Part shown: one piece after another, positions 26,227 to 39,610 of the stretch
Layout of the letters: each line of letters starts with the position of its first letter
How positions within the stretch are numbered: position 1 is the first letter of the stretch
DNA from: Octopus vulgaris
Lineage: Eukaryota
Length of the DNA stretch: 64,000 nt
NCBI GenBank assembly: GCA_951406725.2
Contig: OX597822.1
Span: 8,432,001 to 8,496,000, forward strand
Direction of reading: 5' to 3'
Notes under the pieces: generated by a model
Database searches by the model: none
The model's input: the letters and a program-made list of their open reading frames with translations, nothing else
What the model was told of the DNA's origin: nothing
Program-made: the position numbers and the translations under genes

Positions 26227-28999
26227 ATTTATGTATTTGTAGTAGTAATAATTACTGTCATGATGATAAACATCGCTAAGGCCATCATTATAACATAGTT
26301 TCTAGTGAGTTGCATTTTCAACTAATTTCCACTATAATACATGTTTGTTATAAATTTTGGCAAAATGTTCACCCATATATAGGACGAAGAAAAGCATTTT
26401 TTTAATATTAAACATTAATTCCTTAAGTGTTTCATGAAACATTTTAATGTACTCACTTAATATGTTTTTGGATGTAATGCTAGCTTTGGATTTGGAGTAC
26501 TGTTCTACGCAATTCAAATTCGATTCCAAACTTTGTGGTAGTTTTCAAAAATGAAAGTAGAGAAATAAATGGTCGTTGAAGATTAAGATCGATATATTCT
26601 CCCTATAATATTTTATGAATCGGATTATGAAATCATAATTTTCTTTGGTGATTTTCGTTGCCTGTTAACTGCAGATCATATCTGATGAAGCAAACCCATC
26701 ATTGAAAGCGTTAGAGCAATAACTATCTGTTTTATATTCCATCAGGCACATTGTGTATAGAATCACATTACTAAAAGTGTCCTTCTTCTTTTAAGGCACT
26801 TGATAAATTGATATAAATTAACTTTAGTGACAGTCAAGTTAACGCATGCAGGCCCGTTCCATTGCCGTCTCTGACTAGTCGTGAGAACCACTACCTGTTG
26901 ATATCATTGTGCTTTATAATTCAAATCTTGATAGATTCTGAAGTTTAAAGATGATACAAGTTAAGGATTGTGTCGTCGGCTTTTCTTTTTTATCAATCAC
27001 GCACAGTGCTTCATACGTAAAAATATGGTGTTCTCTTTTGAAAAATATATAAGTACTCTGAGCAAAGTTTTCACTTTTTAGTCAAAACTCATACTTTATC
27101 CCTTTCTCTCTCTTTCTCTACCCCTCTTATCCAGCAAAATTTGTTATATATTATTTATAAGGAAATGTGATTTCATTTTAGTTTTATAATAAACCAGATG
27201 CTATCTTAATTGAAGCAAATACATTATTTGGAAATTTTGATTATTTTATTAAGTAATCCAATTTTTATTAACATTTTATACTTTCTAAAGTTATTGACTT
27301 CATTTAATATTTATTCCTTAATTGAGATAATAAATTATTTAAATAAACTCATTAAAATGTTAATTTATTCTCAAGGCGAAGGAAATTCCAAGCAAAAGCT
27401 ATTAACTGCAAATTCATCAGCCATTTCATAGCCGAGGTCATAACAGTTTCTATCCCCGCATGAACCAATATCTCGATATAAATTGACATATTTCAAGAAC
27501 TATTACAAAGCTGAATTGCATGTTTACATAAAATGTCCCTAGGTAAAAATCAGAAATTGACATGAGTGCTTAAATATTTTTAAAAGATATATACTCTCTC
27601 TCTCTCTCTCACTCACTTTCTCACTTTCTGTATCTCACTCATTTTCGGTAATTTGCTATAAAATAACATGTATTTATATAATAATTATGCTACAGAATGT
27701 GGAATTGACAATTTTCGCAAATAGATACCTTAGGCTCGCTTTTTATAATAGTACTGATGTATGTTATTGCTTCTGATGTTAACACGGACTATTTCAATTA
27801 ACAAATAATATTATGACCGTAAGGGAGTTTATATTTAGTGATACACACACACATATATTTTCGAATATGAAATAGAAGTAGCGATAATCGCAATACACAG
27901 TGGGTATATGTTGAGTGTGTGCGGTCAATAATATATGTGCGTGTGTATATGTAAGCATGTACTTGCACATGCAACTTCAATTGCATGTGCTGATTGGTGC
28001 CATAAAGTGCAGTATATCCCCTTGACAAATCATGTAACAGGCTGAGCTTTTAGCCAATGTTAGATTAAATCTGTATGATGGAATTCCTGTCTAGAATTTG
28101 GTATTTAGGCATCTATTGCTGAAAATGGGAAAATACACTGAAATCAAATGCTATAATTGTGTTAACACCGGCAATGACGAAATTCGCCTGCCGATATAAT
28201 CTGTGTTTCTTTATCGCTCTTTGTTAATTCGAGCTCATTTCTGAGGACCAAATATAGCAAGTACATCGATGTGAAAATTATTATTCGTTACAAAAACTGA
28301 TTCCGTCACTAATAGTTAATTTATACGCAACCCACCAGCATTTAGCAATCTCACTGGGAGTTTAGATAATGTTATCCTATATCGGTCTCGCGAAATTTCG
28401 GTCAAGTTATCGGTGTGTATTTGTCTATTTCTGAAGATTTGAAAATATGCCGTAACCATCTGATACAGTCCACATTATGTTCGGTGATGATGAAAATCCT
28501 CTGCCTATATAATATATGATTTGTGGCACTTTCCTTCTATACTACAAGATTTCTCATGAACACATATTGGTTTTTGATGCAGTACACCATGTTAAGTTGG
28601 AATTGTAAATTGATATTTGGTGTCTTCTATAGCCTCGTGCGGACGAAAGCTTTGTAGTTGGATTTCCAATAACACCGAGGTCGATTTTGCTCAGCTCTGC
28701 AACAGACAAAATTTAATTTTCTCCAAAATTGTTTTTCCATAGGTAGAAAAAACTATATGTATTAGTATTAGTATTAGTGTTGGTGAAGTTGTTAGAATCT
28801 TCGAAGCGTTATATTCTCTCTTTTTGTTGTAAGCTAGTTGTAAGCTAATAAATGCTAGTTTTAACAATTTATCACTAGTTTTTTTAACTAATATCATTTA
28901 TAACATTATTTAAACTGACAGTTCGACATTGACTTCTATCCTTCCATATCTATGCCCCCTCCTCTTCCTGAAGGCCCTAGCTTTTGATGGGAGCATATA

Positions 29000-30212
29000 A
29001 TCACCGAGTTCGCCGGGTTATACTGCCCCTACAGGAAGTCTAATGAAGAAATGGTATATATCCGCTAGAATTAAAAACCTTGTTTCAGGCATTAACAAAG
29101 TGTTGTCTAAACTCTAAACCAACATGGAGATCTATAATAGTGCTGCTCCCACTAAAACGTTGCTCTGGCTAGAAGCAGGTTTTCTGAGAAGCTCACGTAT
29201 GCAGACGAACTCCTCTCCTCACACTAAGTGAATTGCGAAAGGGAATATAATTAGGTATAACACCCCAGTTCACCTAGAATTTTCTACCAATGTAGCCCTG
29301 ATCTTCCTGTTCTTAACAATGAAATATTCCCCAGGAGCTATAAGTATTACACACCCTTCAACCTCCACAATGCCAAGGTAAGCTACTTCTGCATAAACAA
29401 CATCGTATCTAAATTCGTAATCGTCAATAGACTTAAAAAATCACCCTCACAGCCCCCAACCCCAACCTGCAACTTCCAAAACCCAACCACCTTCCCTCTA
29501 AGAAAATTATTCTTTTCAAAGGCTGTAGTATAGAGAGCCACCCTTAAACCATCCCATGGTATTACTAGGAACTATACGTGGATGGCAGCCAATGATTTCA
29601 AGAGAAGGTACTCGAAGCACTTGCATTCACTTGGACAAAGGGACAGAGATAACTCCACTGCCCTCTCGCGCTTCTTCTGGAGACTTCGTGACCTCCGAGA
29701 CGAAACGCCCACCATCAAATCGACTATTGTCGACAGGGCACACCATATTCACCCGGCACCCCTAATTGCCAGCTGTGCTCACCATATGCATATGCACAGA
29801 TGTGTGTGCACTGGTATACATGTACGCGCCTGCGAAACCATACACACGTGCACCCGTGCGTGAATGTAGACGTGCACACTTGCGTGTGCGCATGCGAATG
29901 TGCATGTACTGGTGTTCATATATATGGGTATATAAAAGTATGCACGCGTATGTGTGCGTGCGTGTTTGTGTGATTGTGTGCGCGCGTGAGTGTGCGTGTC
30001 CATGTGTACGATCGCGCGTGTGAGTGCTCGCGCGGACGTCTGAATCTACATCTACGCATACATACATTACGGCCGTATGCACACAGATATATGGGCATAT
30101 TCATGTACACATATATACATTTATGTCCAACATCTACCAACACTTCCAACTTCCATTCAAACACGATACCTACATATTGTCCATATGTGTGTGTGTGTTT
30201 GTGTATACACAC

Positions 30213-30254
<42 letters not shown>

Positions 30255-30600
30255 TTATATGTATGTATATATGCATGTATGTATTATGCATGTATGCATG
30301 TATGTATGTATGTATGTATTTATGTATGTATGTACGCATGCATGTATGTATGTACACATACATATGTATTCTCGTCCGAAATTAACAGCACCGCAAATTA
30401 CCAATCCACAACAATTTTTCATGCCTCCCTACCAGAATACTCCCCACTTCTTCTACATCACCCCTAGGTTACAGCCTTCCATAAAAACCTTCTTTGAAAA
30501 TAAAAGTATTTATCATTGTAGAGACTCGCAACACCTGACATTGCGGTAAAGAGTCGCTGTGTGTGAAGTATTTAATTTGTCTTCTAACAATGCACAAGCA
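29000..30600 (+). mobile_element. Penelope-like element remnant (RT C-terminus/linker plus GIY-YIG endonuclease), interrupted by low-complexity DNA at about 29765-30360
   Basis: Translated fragments KGNIIRYNTP..STNVA, FNLHNAKVSYFCINN and KAVVYRATL..YTWMAANDFKRRYSKHLHSL..NSTALSRFFWRLRD match Penelope motifs (RNIIWFNPP, FN..TVKVSYSCM, IVY....YIG..FK.R...H..S...T.LS..W). SSEINST after the interruption resembles the C-terminal RSE motif. Confidence 0.78.
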
Positions 30601-31294
30601 TATTTTGATCCAAAAGTTTCAATAACCAATTCTTTTTGACTGCCATATTTTTTTCTTGATATAAAATATTACTGTAAATATTTAACGTTTTAAAATTATT
30701 AAAACCACACTTGCATTGGTATTCAAACATTTGGTATAGAAATTTAAAACGTTATTTCCAATAACCAAAATGAACAATCATTTTTATTACATGCATATCC
30801 AATGGCTTGTGTCGCTGACATTACACTTCCAGATTAAAGGTGTAACCATGCATTTCTGTCTTAGTTTGCATTAGCTAATGCAAACATACTTTCATAACTA
30901 TGAATATAATGATTTTACCGATAACCTGTCAAAATTGTGTACTATTCTTTTATATAAAAGTTTGGGCAACTTTGGTTCTAGGCAAAAAAATTCTAACTCA
31001 TCGACAATGCCAGTGACTTACATAGAAAGATTGCAAACCGAATGTCATAACAAACTTAAATGCTGCTGGAAATTTAAATATTGCTGACACTTAGATTCAA
31101 CCCAATCTCAACAGTGTAAATGTTAATTATTAAACAAACGAGAAGGGAAAATTAACCAACGATAATTTTGTGCAGCTATTATGAACTACATATTTAAATG
31201 TTAGACAGCACAAAATGTTTGAAACGTTAAGGGGGAAAATACAAATATTTTTGGAATATAGTTGCGACCGTCATGTTCTAATTCTAACCGAAAA

Positions 31295-31364
31295 GCTGTA
31301 GTATAGAGAGCCACCCTTAAACCATCCCATGGTATTACTAGGAACTATACGTGGATGGCAGCCA
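31295..31364 (+). repeat. 70-bp exact direct copy of 29522-29591
   Basis: GCTGTAGTATAGAGAGCCACCC...GTGGATGGCAGCCA is identical at both sites. Confidence 0.95.
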
Positions 31365-33689
31365 CGTACAATGATGTCCCACTTTTAGTTCATAAATACT
31401 AATCAAGTACTGGTGTTTATTAATGATCTGGAGAGCCTGTAGATATAATGAATTATTTAGACAGTTCCTCTGCTGCGTACAGGTTTCCGATCGGAAATAC
31501 CATTATCAATTTCCATTAAGGAACCTTATAATACTGAACGATGAACTAAAAAAGATAAAAGTATAATTCATCCTTGGCGGATGCAATACCAAAATCTGAT
31601 CCTCAGAAGATTAACGTGTGGAAAATAAAACTTTACCATAATTTCTAGCATAACATATCACCTTAACGACATATATATTGAAGGGTTAGCCGGGAGAATC
31701 CATATTGGATCTGTATTTGACGACAGGTTCTGCCTGGAAACTTAATGTTTTATTTCCACATTATAACGTAAATTTTTATCTGAAGAATCAACGTTGTGTA
31801 TTTATTTTTTCTCATGTCATTCTTCGAGAGATTCTAAGATCCCTCGTGTTTACTATACAAGTCATTATCTTCACACCCATATCTACGTGGTACTTACGGG
31901 ATTTAAACGAGAGCAGTTATGAGTGTAAAGAACATGTGCTCATCTGGTATATTCAACTGAAGAAGGCAGAGCGTCTCTGAAACAAAGACAGAAATCCAGG
32001 ATCATGAATTATCCAGTAAAAAAATTCTTTGCTAGCTTATTTTGTCAGTTTATCTTCTCACCTGGCGTGATATGAACATTTAAGGCGGTTTAGGGTCAGG
32101 GTTTTGACTGCTATTTCAGCATGGTGGTATCTCTCAGATACTATAATTTATTGTTTTAAATAATTATTACCTTTGTATGGTATTTATTCCCATGCTGGCC
32201 ACTTGAAAAGATCGATATTTAAATATCGATATTATCCTTATTTATAAATGTATATATATATATATATACCAAAACAGCCTGATTCAAATTCATTGATACT
32301 CTGAGTTTCAAGTGTGTTGCTAGTCTTCCGCCATTGAATCTCAATGAGAATTCGATTGAAGAGAGTGACTTTTTACTAGTGCAAGTTATTTTGTTATTTG
32401 GTCGTGTATGGTCAAGCGGTGTTGCAGTTTGAAGTTGGTTTTCCAGCGACAGCAGTAACTTGAAATATACTGCAAGTAATCGACCGCGTAGTGAACAGGA
32501 TATCGGTGTCGTCGTTGGAGGACGTTGGAAGGGGCGACAGAGATGGGAGTATATATGTGTACATGTATTTGCCCATATATATGCGTGCGTACGTCCGCAC
32601 TTATACGAGTGTGTATGTGTGCGTAGATGTACAGGCCGTCGTAGCCAACTCGCAGATGCAGTATCGGTGAAAAAACGTCAAATGGTGTATGAAAGTAAGC
32701 ATTCACATAATAAGGAATTTATGGTAGGAGACAAACAGCTAGCTGCATATTAAAAAATTCTTATATAAGCTCCCTTATATCCACCTCAAATTGGTGCAAA
32801 TGTATGGCTAAAGAGTTGGCATCTGTAATGTATACACTACGCTATTCTAATTGTTAACGAAACAAATTTTATTTAATGAGTTCCTATACTGAACGAAACA
32901 AAAACAGACATTACCAGCCTAGTTCTTAGATGAGCTCTACAATAAGATGGTGTGCTTTAGATAAGTTCCTTCGATCTCCAACAAATATCTGATGACTATG
33001 ATCTACAAGGCACATAATAAGGGCATATCGTCCAAGTAAATTTCAATAGAACATCATCTATCATGCGGCATTCTACATTTAAGCTGATAAATGCTATATA
33101 CAATGATATTAAAATACTGTATTTTATGCCCTTGTATATGTCTCTCCAAATGATTTGTACGCATCCAAACCGAACTGTGTGTGTCTAAACACTGATATTT
33201 TTAGTCCCGGAATTGGTATTATTGATTTATTTCCTTTTTAACAAGTAATCCATGTGTATGCCTCTCCAGTTATCATCAGAAAATATTTGGTTATTTCAAG
33301 ATGGAATTCCGTGTTGTAATGATATCTTCAATGGGGCATAACTCCGTAATGAGGAAGATGTTTATACTTGTATAAAATGCCGATTACATATCAAGAAATT
33401 TGTCGCTTGCTTTCACTTTTGCTAACACACTGACAAATATGAAAGAAGAAAAAAGGAGTAATGGTATTATTATAAAAACTGGTGTAGGTAGAAAAAGTGA
33501 CAGGCTGCGAATTGCGAGACAGGAACTCATGAGAAAATATCTGTTAAATATATGTTAAATATTCAAACACATGGCGAAAACAGTGAAAGAGGAAGAGCTA
33601 GAGGAAACAGGAAGTTACTATTGAAAATACGAACATTACAAGATTACAGTTAGTGAAAGAAATTATAGACTACGTTAAAGAAAATAACT

Positions 33690-34099
33690 GAGTGGCTGTG
33701 TGGTAAGTAGCTTGCTTACCAACCACACGGTTCCGGGTTCAGTCCCACTGCGTGGCATCTTGGGCAAGTGTCTTCTGCTATAGCCCCGGGCCGACCAATG
33801 CCTTGTGAGTGGATTTGGTAGACGGAAACTGAAAGAAGCCTGTCGTATATGTGTATATATATATATGTGTGTGTGTGTATGTGTTTGTGTGTCTATGTTT
33901 GGCCCCCTAGCATTGCTTGACAACCGATGCTGGTGTGTTTACGTCCCCGTCACTTAGCGGTTCGGCAAAAGAGACCAATTGAATAAGTACTGAGCTTACA
34001 AAGAATAAGTCCCGGGGTCGAGTTGCTCGACTAAAGGCGGTGCACCAGCATGGCCGCAGTCAAATGACTGAAACAAGTGAAAGAGTAAAAGAGAGAGTA
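33690..34099 (+). mobile_element. SINE family A, nearly full length
   Basis: Colinear with the other copies; lacks the first ~7 nt. Confidence 0.92.
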
Positions 34100-34289
34100 A
34101 TATGAAGACAAGCACAGATATAGCGACTAAGGGAGAGAAAGGAAGTTCCCTTATATAATCGTGGGAGGAACCAGAACTAATAGGATGAGACGGATGCTCG
34201 AAAAGAAAATCAGGAAAAAATATGAGCTACATATTTACAAGTGTGTGAGTGTTTATGTGCGTGCATGTAGGTGTACGCATGTGTGTGTG

Positions 34290-34352
<63 letters not shown>

Positions 34353-34374
34353 ATGCAACAAGTATTTGTTGATG

Positions 34375-34594
34375 CGCGGTGAGCTGGCAGAAACGGTAGC
34401 ACGCAGGGCGAAATGCGTGGCCGTATTTCGTCTGCCGTTACGTTCTGAGTTCAAATTCCGCCGAGGTCGACTTTGCCTTTCATCCTTTCGGGGTCGATAA
34501 ATTAAGTACCAGTTACGCACTGGGGTCGATATAATCGACTTAATCCGTTTGTCTGTCCTCTCTGTGTTTAGCTCCTTGTGGGTAGTAAAGAAAT
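34375..34594 (+). mobile_element. SINE family B with a 15-bp target-site duplication
   Basis: AAGTATTTGTTGATG (34360-34374) and AAGTATTTCTTGATG (34595-34609) flank a full family B copy. Confidence 0.92.
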
Positions 34595-34795
34595 AAGTAT
34601 TTCTTGATGTGTTGTATACAAATGCAAAAGTGATTGGAAATAACCGTCATAGAACATACAATTTCTTCAGTACTGAATCTCATGATTTGCTATTTCAAAG
34701 GCACAAATACACATTTACACATACACACATTAGCATGAACGAGCACACGCACATGCACTCACACAAAGACAAACTCATACATGCACATGCATTCA

Positions 34796-34869
<74 letters not shown>

Positions 34870-34886
34870 CATGTATATATATACAC

Positions 34887-34967
<81 letters not shown>

Positions 34968-34976
34968 AATATATAC

Positions 34977-35090
<114 letters not shown>

Positions 35091-35464
35091 GTATATATGT
35101 ATGTATGTATATATGTATGTATTTGTGTATTCACTCTTTGTGAACTTTTCTAAAGTAGAGAGATATATGGGAATATTTAATTAAGCTTTAACACTTAGCA
35201 GAAGAAGGTAACCATTGATTACTAATAATACAAAGTTAACTTTCCATTACCCATTTCGATAAATGTAAGTGCATTGAATAAGAAGCCATGTCGTTAGCAT
35301 TAACAGAATGCATGTGTAGAACTTTCTTCGGCAAGATTTTCAATTAAGAATCCTAACTACGAAATGGAATATCGGAGTAACTAGCAATTATACGAAGTTT
35401 CCATTTTTAATGCCTCTATTATTGTGCATTACTGTAAAGGCGTTGTCGCCTTCAATAATAAAAC

Positions 35465-35505
35465 CAACAACAACAACGACAACGATAATAGTAATAATAA
35501 TAATG

Positions 35506-35537
<32 letters not shown>

Positions 35538-35554
35538 TATTATTATTATTATTA

Positions 35555-35611
<57 letters not shown>

Positions 35612-35995
35612 GAGATGAAAACGAGGAAGAGAAAGAGAAAATAGCGGATAAAGAAGACGAAGAAGAAGAAGAGGACGAGAAGGAAGAAAAGAAGAAGGAG
35701 AAGAAAGATGATGAAAAGGAAGAAAAGAAGAAGAAGAAGAAGAAGAAAAAGAAGAAGAAGGAGGAGGAGAAGAAAAGAAGAAGAAGAAGAAGAAAAAGAA
35801 GAAGAAGAAAAAGAAGAAGAAGGAGAATAAGAAAAAAAGAAGAAGAAGAAGAAGAAGAATAAGGAGAAGAAGAAGAAGGAGAAAAGAAGAAGAAGAAGAA
35901 GAAGAAGAAGAAGAAGAAGAAGAAGGAGGAGAAGAAGAAGAAGAAGAAGAAGAAGAAGAAGAAGAAGAAGAAGAAGAAGAAGAAGAAGAAGAAGA
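35465..35995. repeat. (TAA)n/(TTA)n inverted microsatellite followed by a long purine-rich (GAA)n tract
   Basis: Directly visible; explains the poly-I/K/E/R ORF 35410-35862. Confidence 0.95.
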
Positions 35996-37298
35996 ATGCT
36001 TGTGGATTTGAGATGTCGGAAATTATGACATAAAGACGAATATAATGCTGTTAAGGTGAATGATTATTTCAGCACATTTCGAGTGTTCACCACAGAGGCT
36101 GACGGTACACTTAAAGTAGGGAATCAAATGACATTTGATCGTATAATTAATCAGCAATGGCTGAGACACGCGGAAATTCTCATTTGCCAAACGTAATGGT
36201 TATGTTGACGTCAACCTTTCTGCGTATGCAGAAGATGACCGTACACTGTCTTTATTTTGTGGCTCCTGCATGTCAACCTATCCACCACCCAAGAAAAATT
36301 CATAGATAGGTTAAGATTTCAGTGCCGAGGATTCAAAGTGGAAGTTATGCGTCTCTGTTTAATTAGACCATCAATACTTTTTCCTTTCATTTTCCATTCA
36401 GAACCGAAATTGCACTGACTTTTCAAAAGTGCTGCATGAATGTTACCTGCATGTTGTTGTAAAATATCCTCGATTCAAACAAATATTTCCCCAGCCGCTT
36501 ATTGTAGCATTTTGATGGAATAAAAATATAAGAAAACTATTAATTTTTACTTCTGACTCCAAGAAAAATAACATCGGAGGATCTGCACAATGTTCCTTGA
36601 AAAACAGCCGCAAACGAGATAAGCCCTGTTCATTGGACAACAGCATGAGTCAAGTGAATTCCATCAGGAATCATAACAGAAATGTTATGATTTATACAGA
36701 AGGTTGGGCATGTATAGATTTTCATTTGGTGTACGCAGCAAAATGCACAAAATACAACTTGTCTTCTGTTGGTTGTACAACAGAACAATTAAACAAAATA
36801 TTTAGTGGGCACAGGTGTGACGTCACGCATATTAACATTAGTTCGACAGAACATACTGAACATCTTTGCATCAAACTTCTGTAACTTTGCAATATTCTCT
36901 TAAAGTACATATTCTCAGAACATATTCTGAACCTGATAAACTTTCAATACTCACACTGCATGAGGGGAAATATATTTGCGGATTATTAACCCAAAAGGAA
37001 TTAATAAAATGACAGATTGAATATTCTTCTTCTTCTTTTTATTTTTTCTTTCCTTTTTATTTTTTTCCTTTTCTTTTTTTCATCTAGCCGGTTTTATAAT
37101 TGAAACTTGAAGACCGATAATGTCATTCCATCAACGTGCGGACACTGGTAGCTTTCGTTCATATTCTAGATTTGAATTTCTTTAATTTTGAATTTTTATC
37201 ACTTTTCATTTTGAACTCTACAAAGACAGACTTCTTCAACCAATAAAATATCTATTGCAATCGTGTCTGTTATTGTTATTATTATTATTAGCAGCAGC

Positions 37299-37359
<61 letters not shown>

Positions 37360-37383
37360 ATAGTAGTAGTAGTAGTAGTAGTA

Positions 37384-38270
37384 TATTTAATCAGAACCTA
37401 CGCTACCTTGAGTTTGGTAACATGTTTTCTCAAATCTCCGGAAACTTTCGTACGATTCTTGCAGAATATATGATCGTGCCATTCTGTTACAATGCGAGTT
37501 TCAAATCTAATATCGTTCAGACTTTTAGGCAATATTTTATGCGGTGTGTCATGTGTACAATTCAGCATATCTGGTCCTCTGGTTTCAATAGCATTGTGAA
37601 GTAGTTTCACGTCTCCAAACGTACGATTTCTTAAGCATGCATTGACCTCACCAACTTTTGATCCTTTGGGGATAATTGGCAACATTTGACGAAAACCTCC
37701 TGCAAGAAGAACTGTTACTCTCCACTTGAGCGTGCTATTGTCTTTTATGTCTTGGAGGGTACAGTCAAATACCTCTGGAGCTCCACAATAAGGCACGTTT
37801 GTTGGAGAATTGTTGCCATTGCAGAGTTTCGGGAAATGTTGCACATTTTAGATTCGTTCATTGCAAGGTTTAGAGGAAGCTTGATCATGAAATGATCAGT
37901 TCCTCCCCCATTGATGGGGGCAGTTGCAACACTGATGATGCAACAGAAGATGCAACACTGGAAGAAGTTTAGATTTTATTTCCTTCCATTTACGATTGCA
38001 GGTGAAAGTGACATAAAGATTTGGTTCTGCATTTGTCATGACATATATCATAGCGTCTTGTGTTCGTTCGTGTATATATCGAAGACCACATGTGAATGAC
38101 GATGGGAAGGTTATAAATTGCCCCATGTTTTGAATATCACCTCAAAGTATCTTTGATAATTTTTAGCCCTTAATATATTTTTATTGTTACGAATGTAGAG
38201 CAGACGCTAGCCTTCAACTTTAGCATGCATATCAACTGTGTATTGGTGAAATAGATCATGATACATGTGT
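37384..38270 (-). mobile_element. Internally deleted Helitron remnant (Rep N-terminal region joined to a PIF1 helicase fragment)
   Basis: DLFHQYTVDMHAKVE..RLLYIR; FPSSFTCGLRYIHERTQDAMIYV..PNLYVTFTCNRKWKEI (Helitron_like_N motif); TLQDIKD..VTVLLAGGFRQMLPIIPKG..EVNACL (PIF1 GDFRQ.LP motif). Confidence 0.88.
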
Positions 38271-38439
38271 AGTGTTAAATTGCTGTAATGCAAATATGTA
38301 AATGGAAAATAAATTTAATTTGGTAGCCGAAAGATTACTGAATCTTTCGATACCACATACGTCAAAATCGGCATGCTAGTTTTTGAATCCATAATAGACT
38401 TACTCACACATACACACACATTCTCTTATATATATATAT

Positions 38440-38489
<50 letters not shown>

Positions 38490-39514
38490 ATATTTATGTA
38501 TGTATGTATGTGGATGTATATATATGTATATATACATATACATATATACATACATGTGTTCGTATGCGTGTTTTATCTCCCACTCTTTGTAAACTGGTGA
38601 TGAAGTGTTTCGGCCGACGTAGTTGACATCAGGCTTGGTATCGATATAAGAGTGAATACCTTTCTAATATCAAGTATCCCAGTAGGAAGCAATACAACTT
38701 AAGTCTTGAGAAGTTTTGGGTTCAGAATATAAATGAAATGGGTTAATAATTTGTTGCGATTTTACATGATCTTCAAGCATACTGCCACCTAATCGACAGT
38801 GTTTACTATTGATTTTCTTTCTAGTATAATACACCATATGCACTTTCTTTTCACTACTCTACTGTTTCTCCCAACTGCTACCTGTGTTTTGTTGTAATCA
38901 GCATTTGATATCTAGAACACGCTTAGCAAATTATCATTCTATTTTACAGAATATCAGTCTCAAGCGGGAAGTGTCGTTAATTTTGATAGATTATTTCCGG
39001 AACAGCAGCAAAGCATAATTAACAAATGATAAAGGAATCTGATTACATACTAGAATATATCATTCTTCGGCTTGCCTGTAGGGCTTCTTATTTATTTCTT
39101 TACTTACAATCTGTTAATTTCCCATGTTGATTACTTTTAAATTAATATGAAACAAGAGCGAATCCGAAAGTTTTACGTTCAATTGTCTTCCGTATTTTGT
39201 ATTAATTTTTGTAATTCCCTCAGTGAAAGAGAGTGAAATGCATGACATATTATCATACTGCGTAAGAAGACCATGGTCGAAATATTCACATCTCACAGTA
39301 TACCAACCGAAACCAAATAAAATGTCTGCATTAAAAAACATACGGACAAATTTTCTATTATTGAAACAGATATGCGCTATTATAAAATATACCATATGCA
39401 ATAACAGCAGAGAAGACAAAAACAGTAACTCATAAATATTTATCCAACATTTGAAAACTATAGTAGTCGAGACAAATGATTGATTAAAATGAGTCAGCCT
39501 ATTTTCATTTTCAG

Positions 39515-39610
39515 CACATGCAATTTTATTTAAGGTATACTGGTAATTTCACTGAGTAATTCTTTAACAACACAACCTGATTCATGTACCGAAATAACTG
39601 TTTCAAGGAG
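39515..39610 (+). other. Candidate short spliced exon (non-coding or first coding exon)
   Basis: Acceptor TATTTTCATTTTCAG and strong donor GAG|GTAAGT 96 nt apart in non-repeat DNA. All three frames have stops, but an internal ATG gives MYRNNCFKE up to the donor. Confidence 0.2.

Noticed and set aside
26682-26716. CTGATGA...GAAA motif
   Set aside because: Stems I and II do not pair convincingly.
35410-35862. 150-aa charged low-complexity ORF
   Set aside because: Entirely explained by TAA/TTA/GAA microsatellites.
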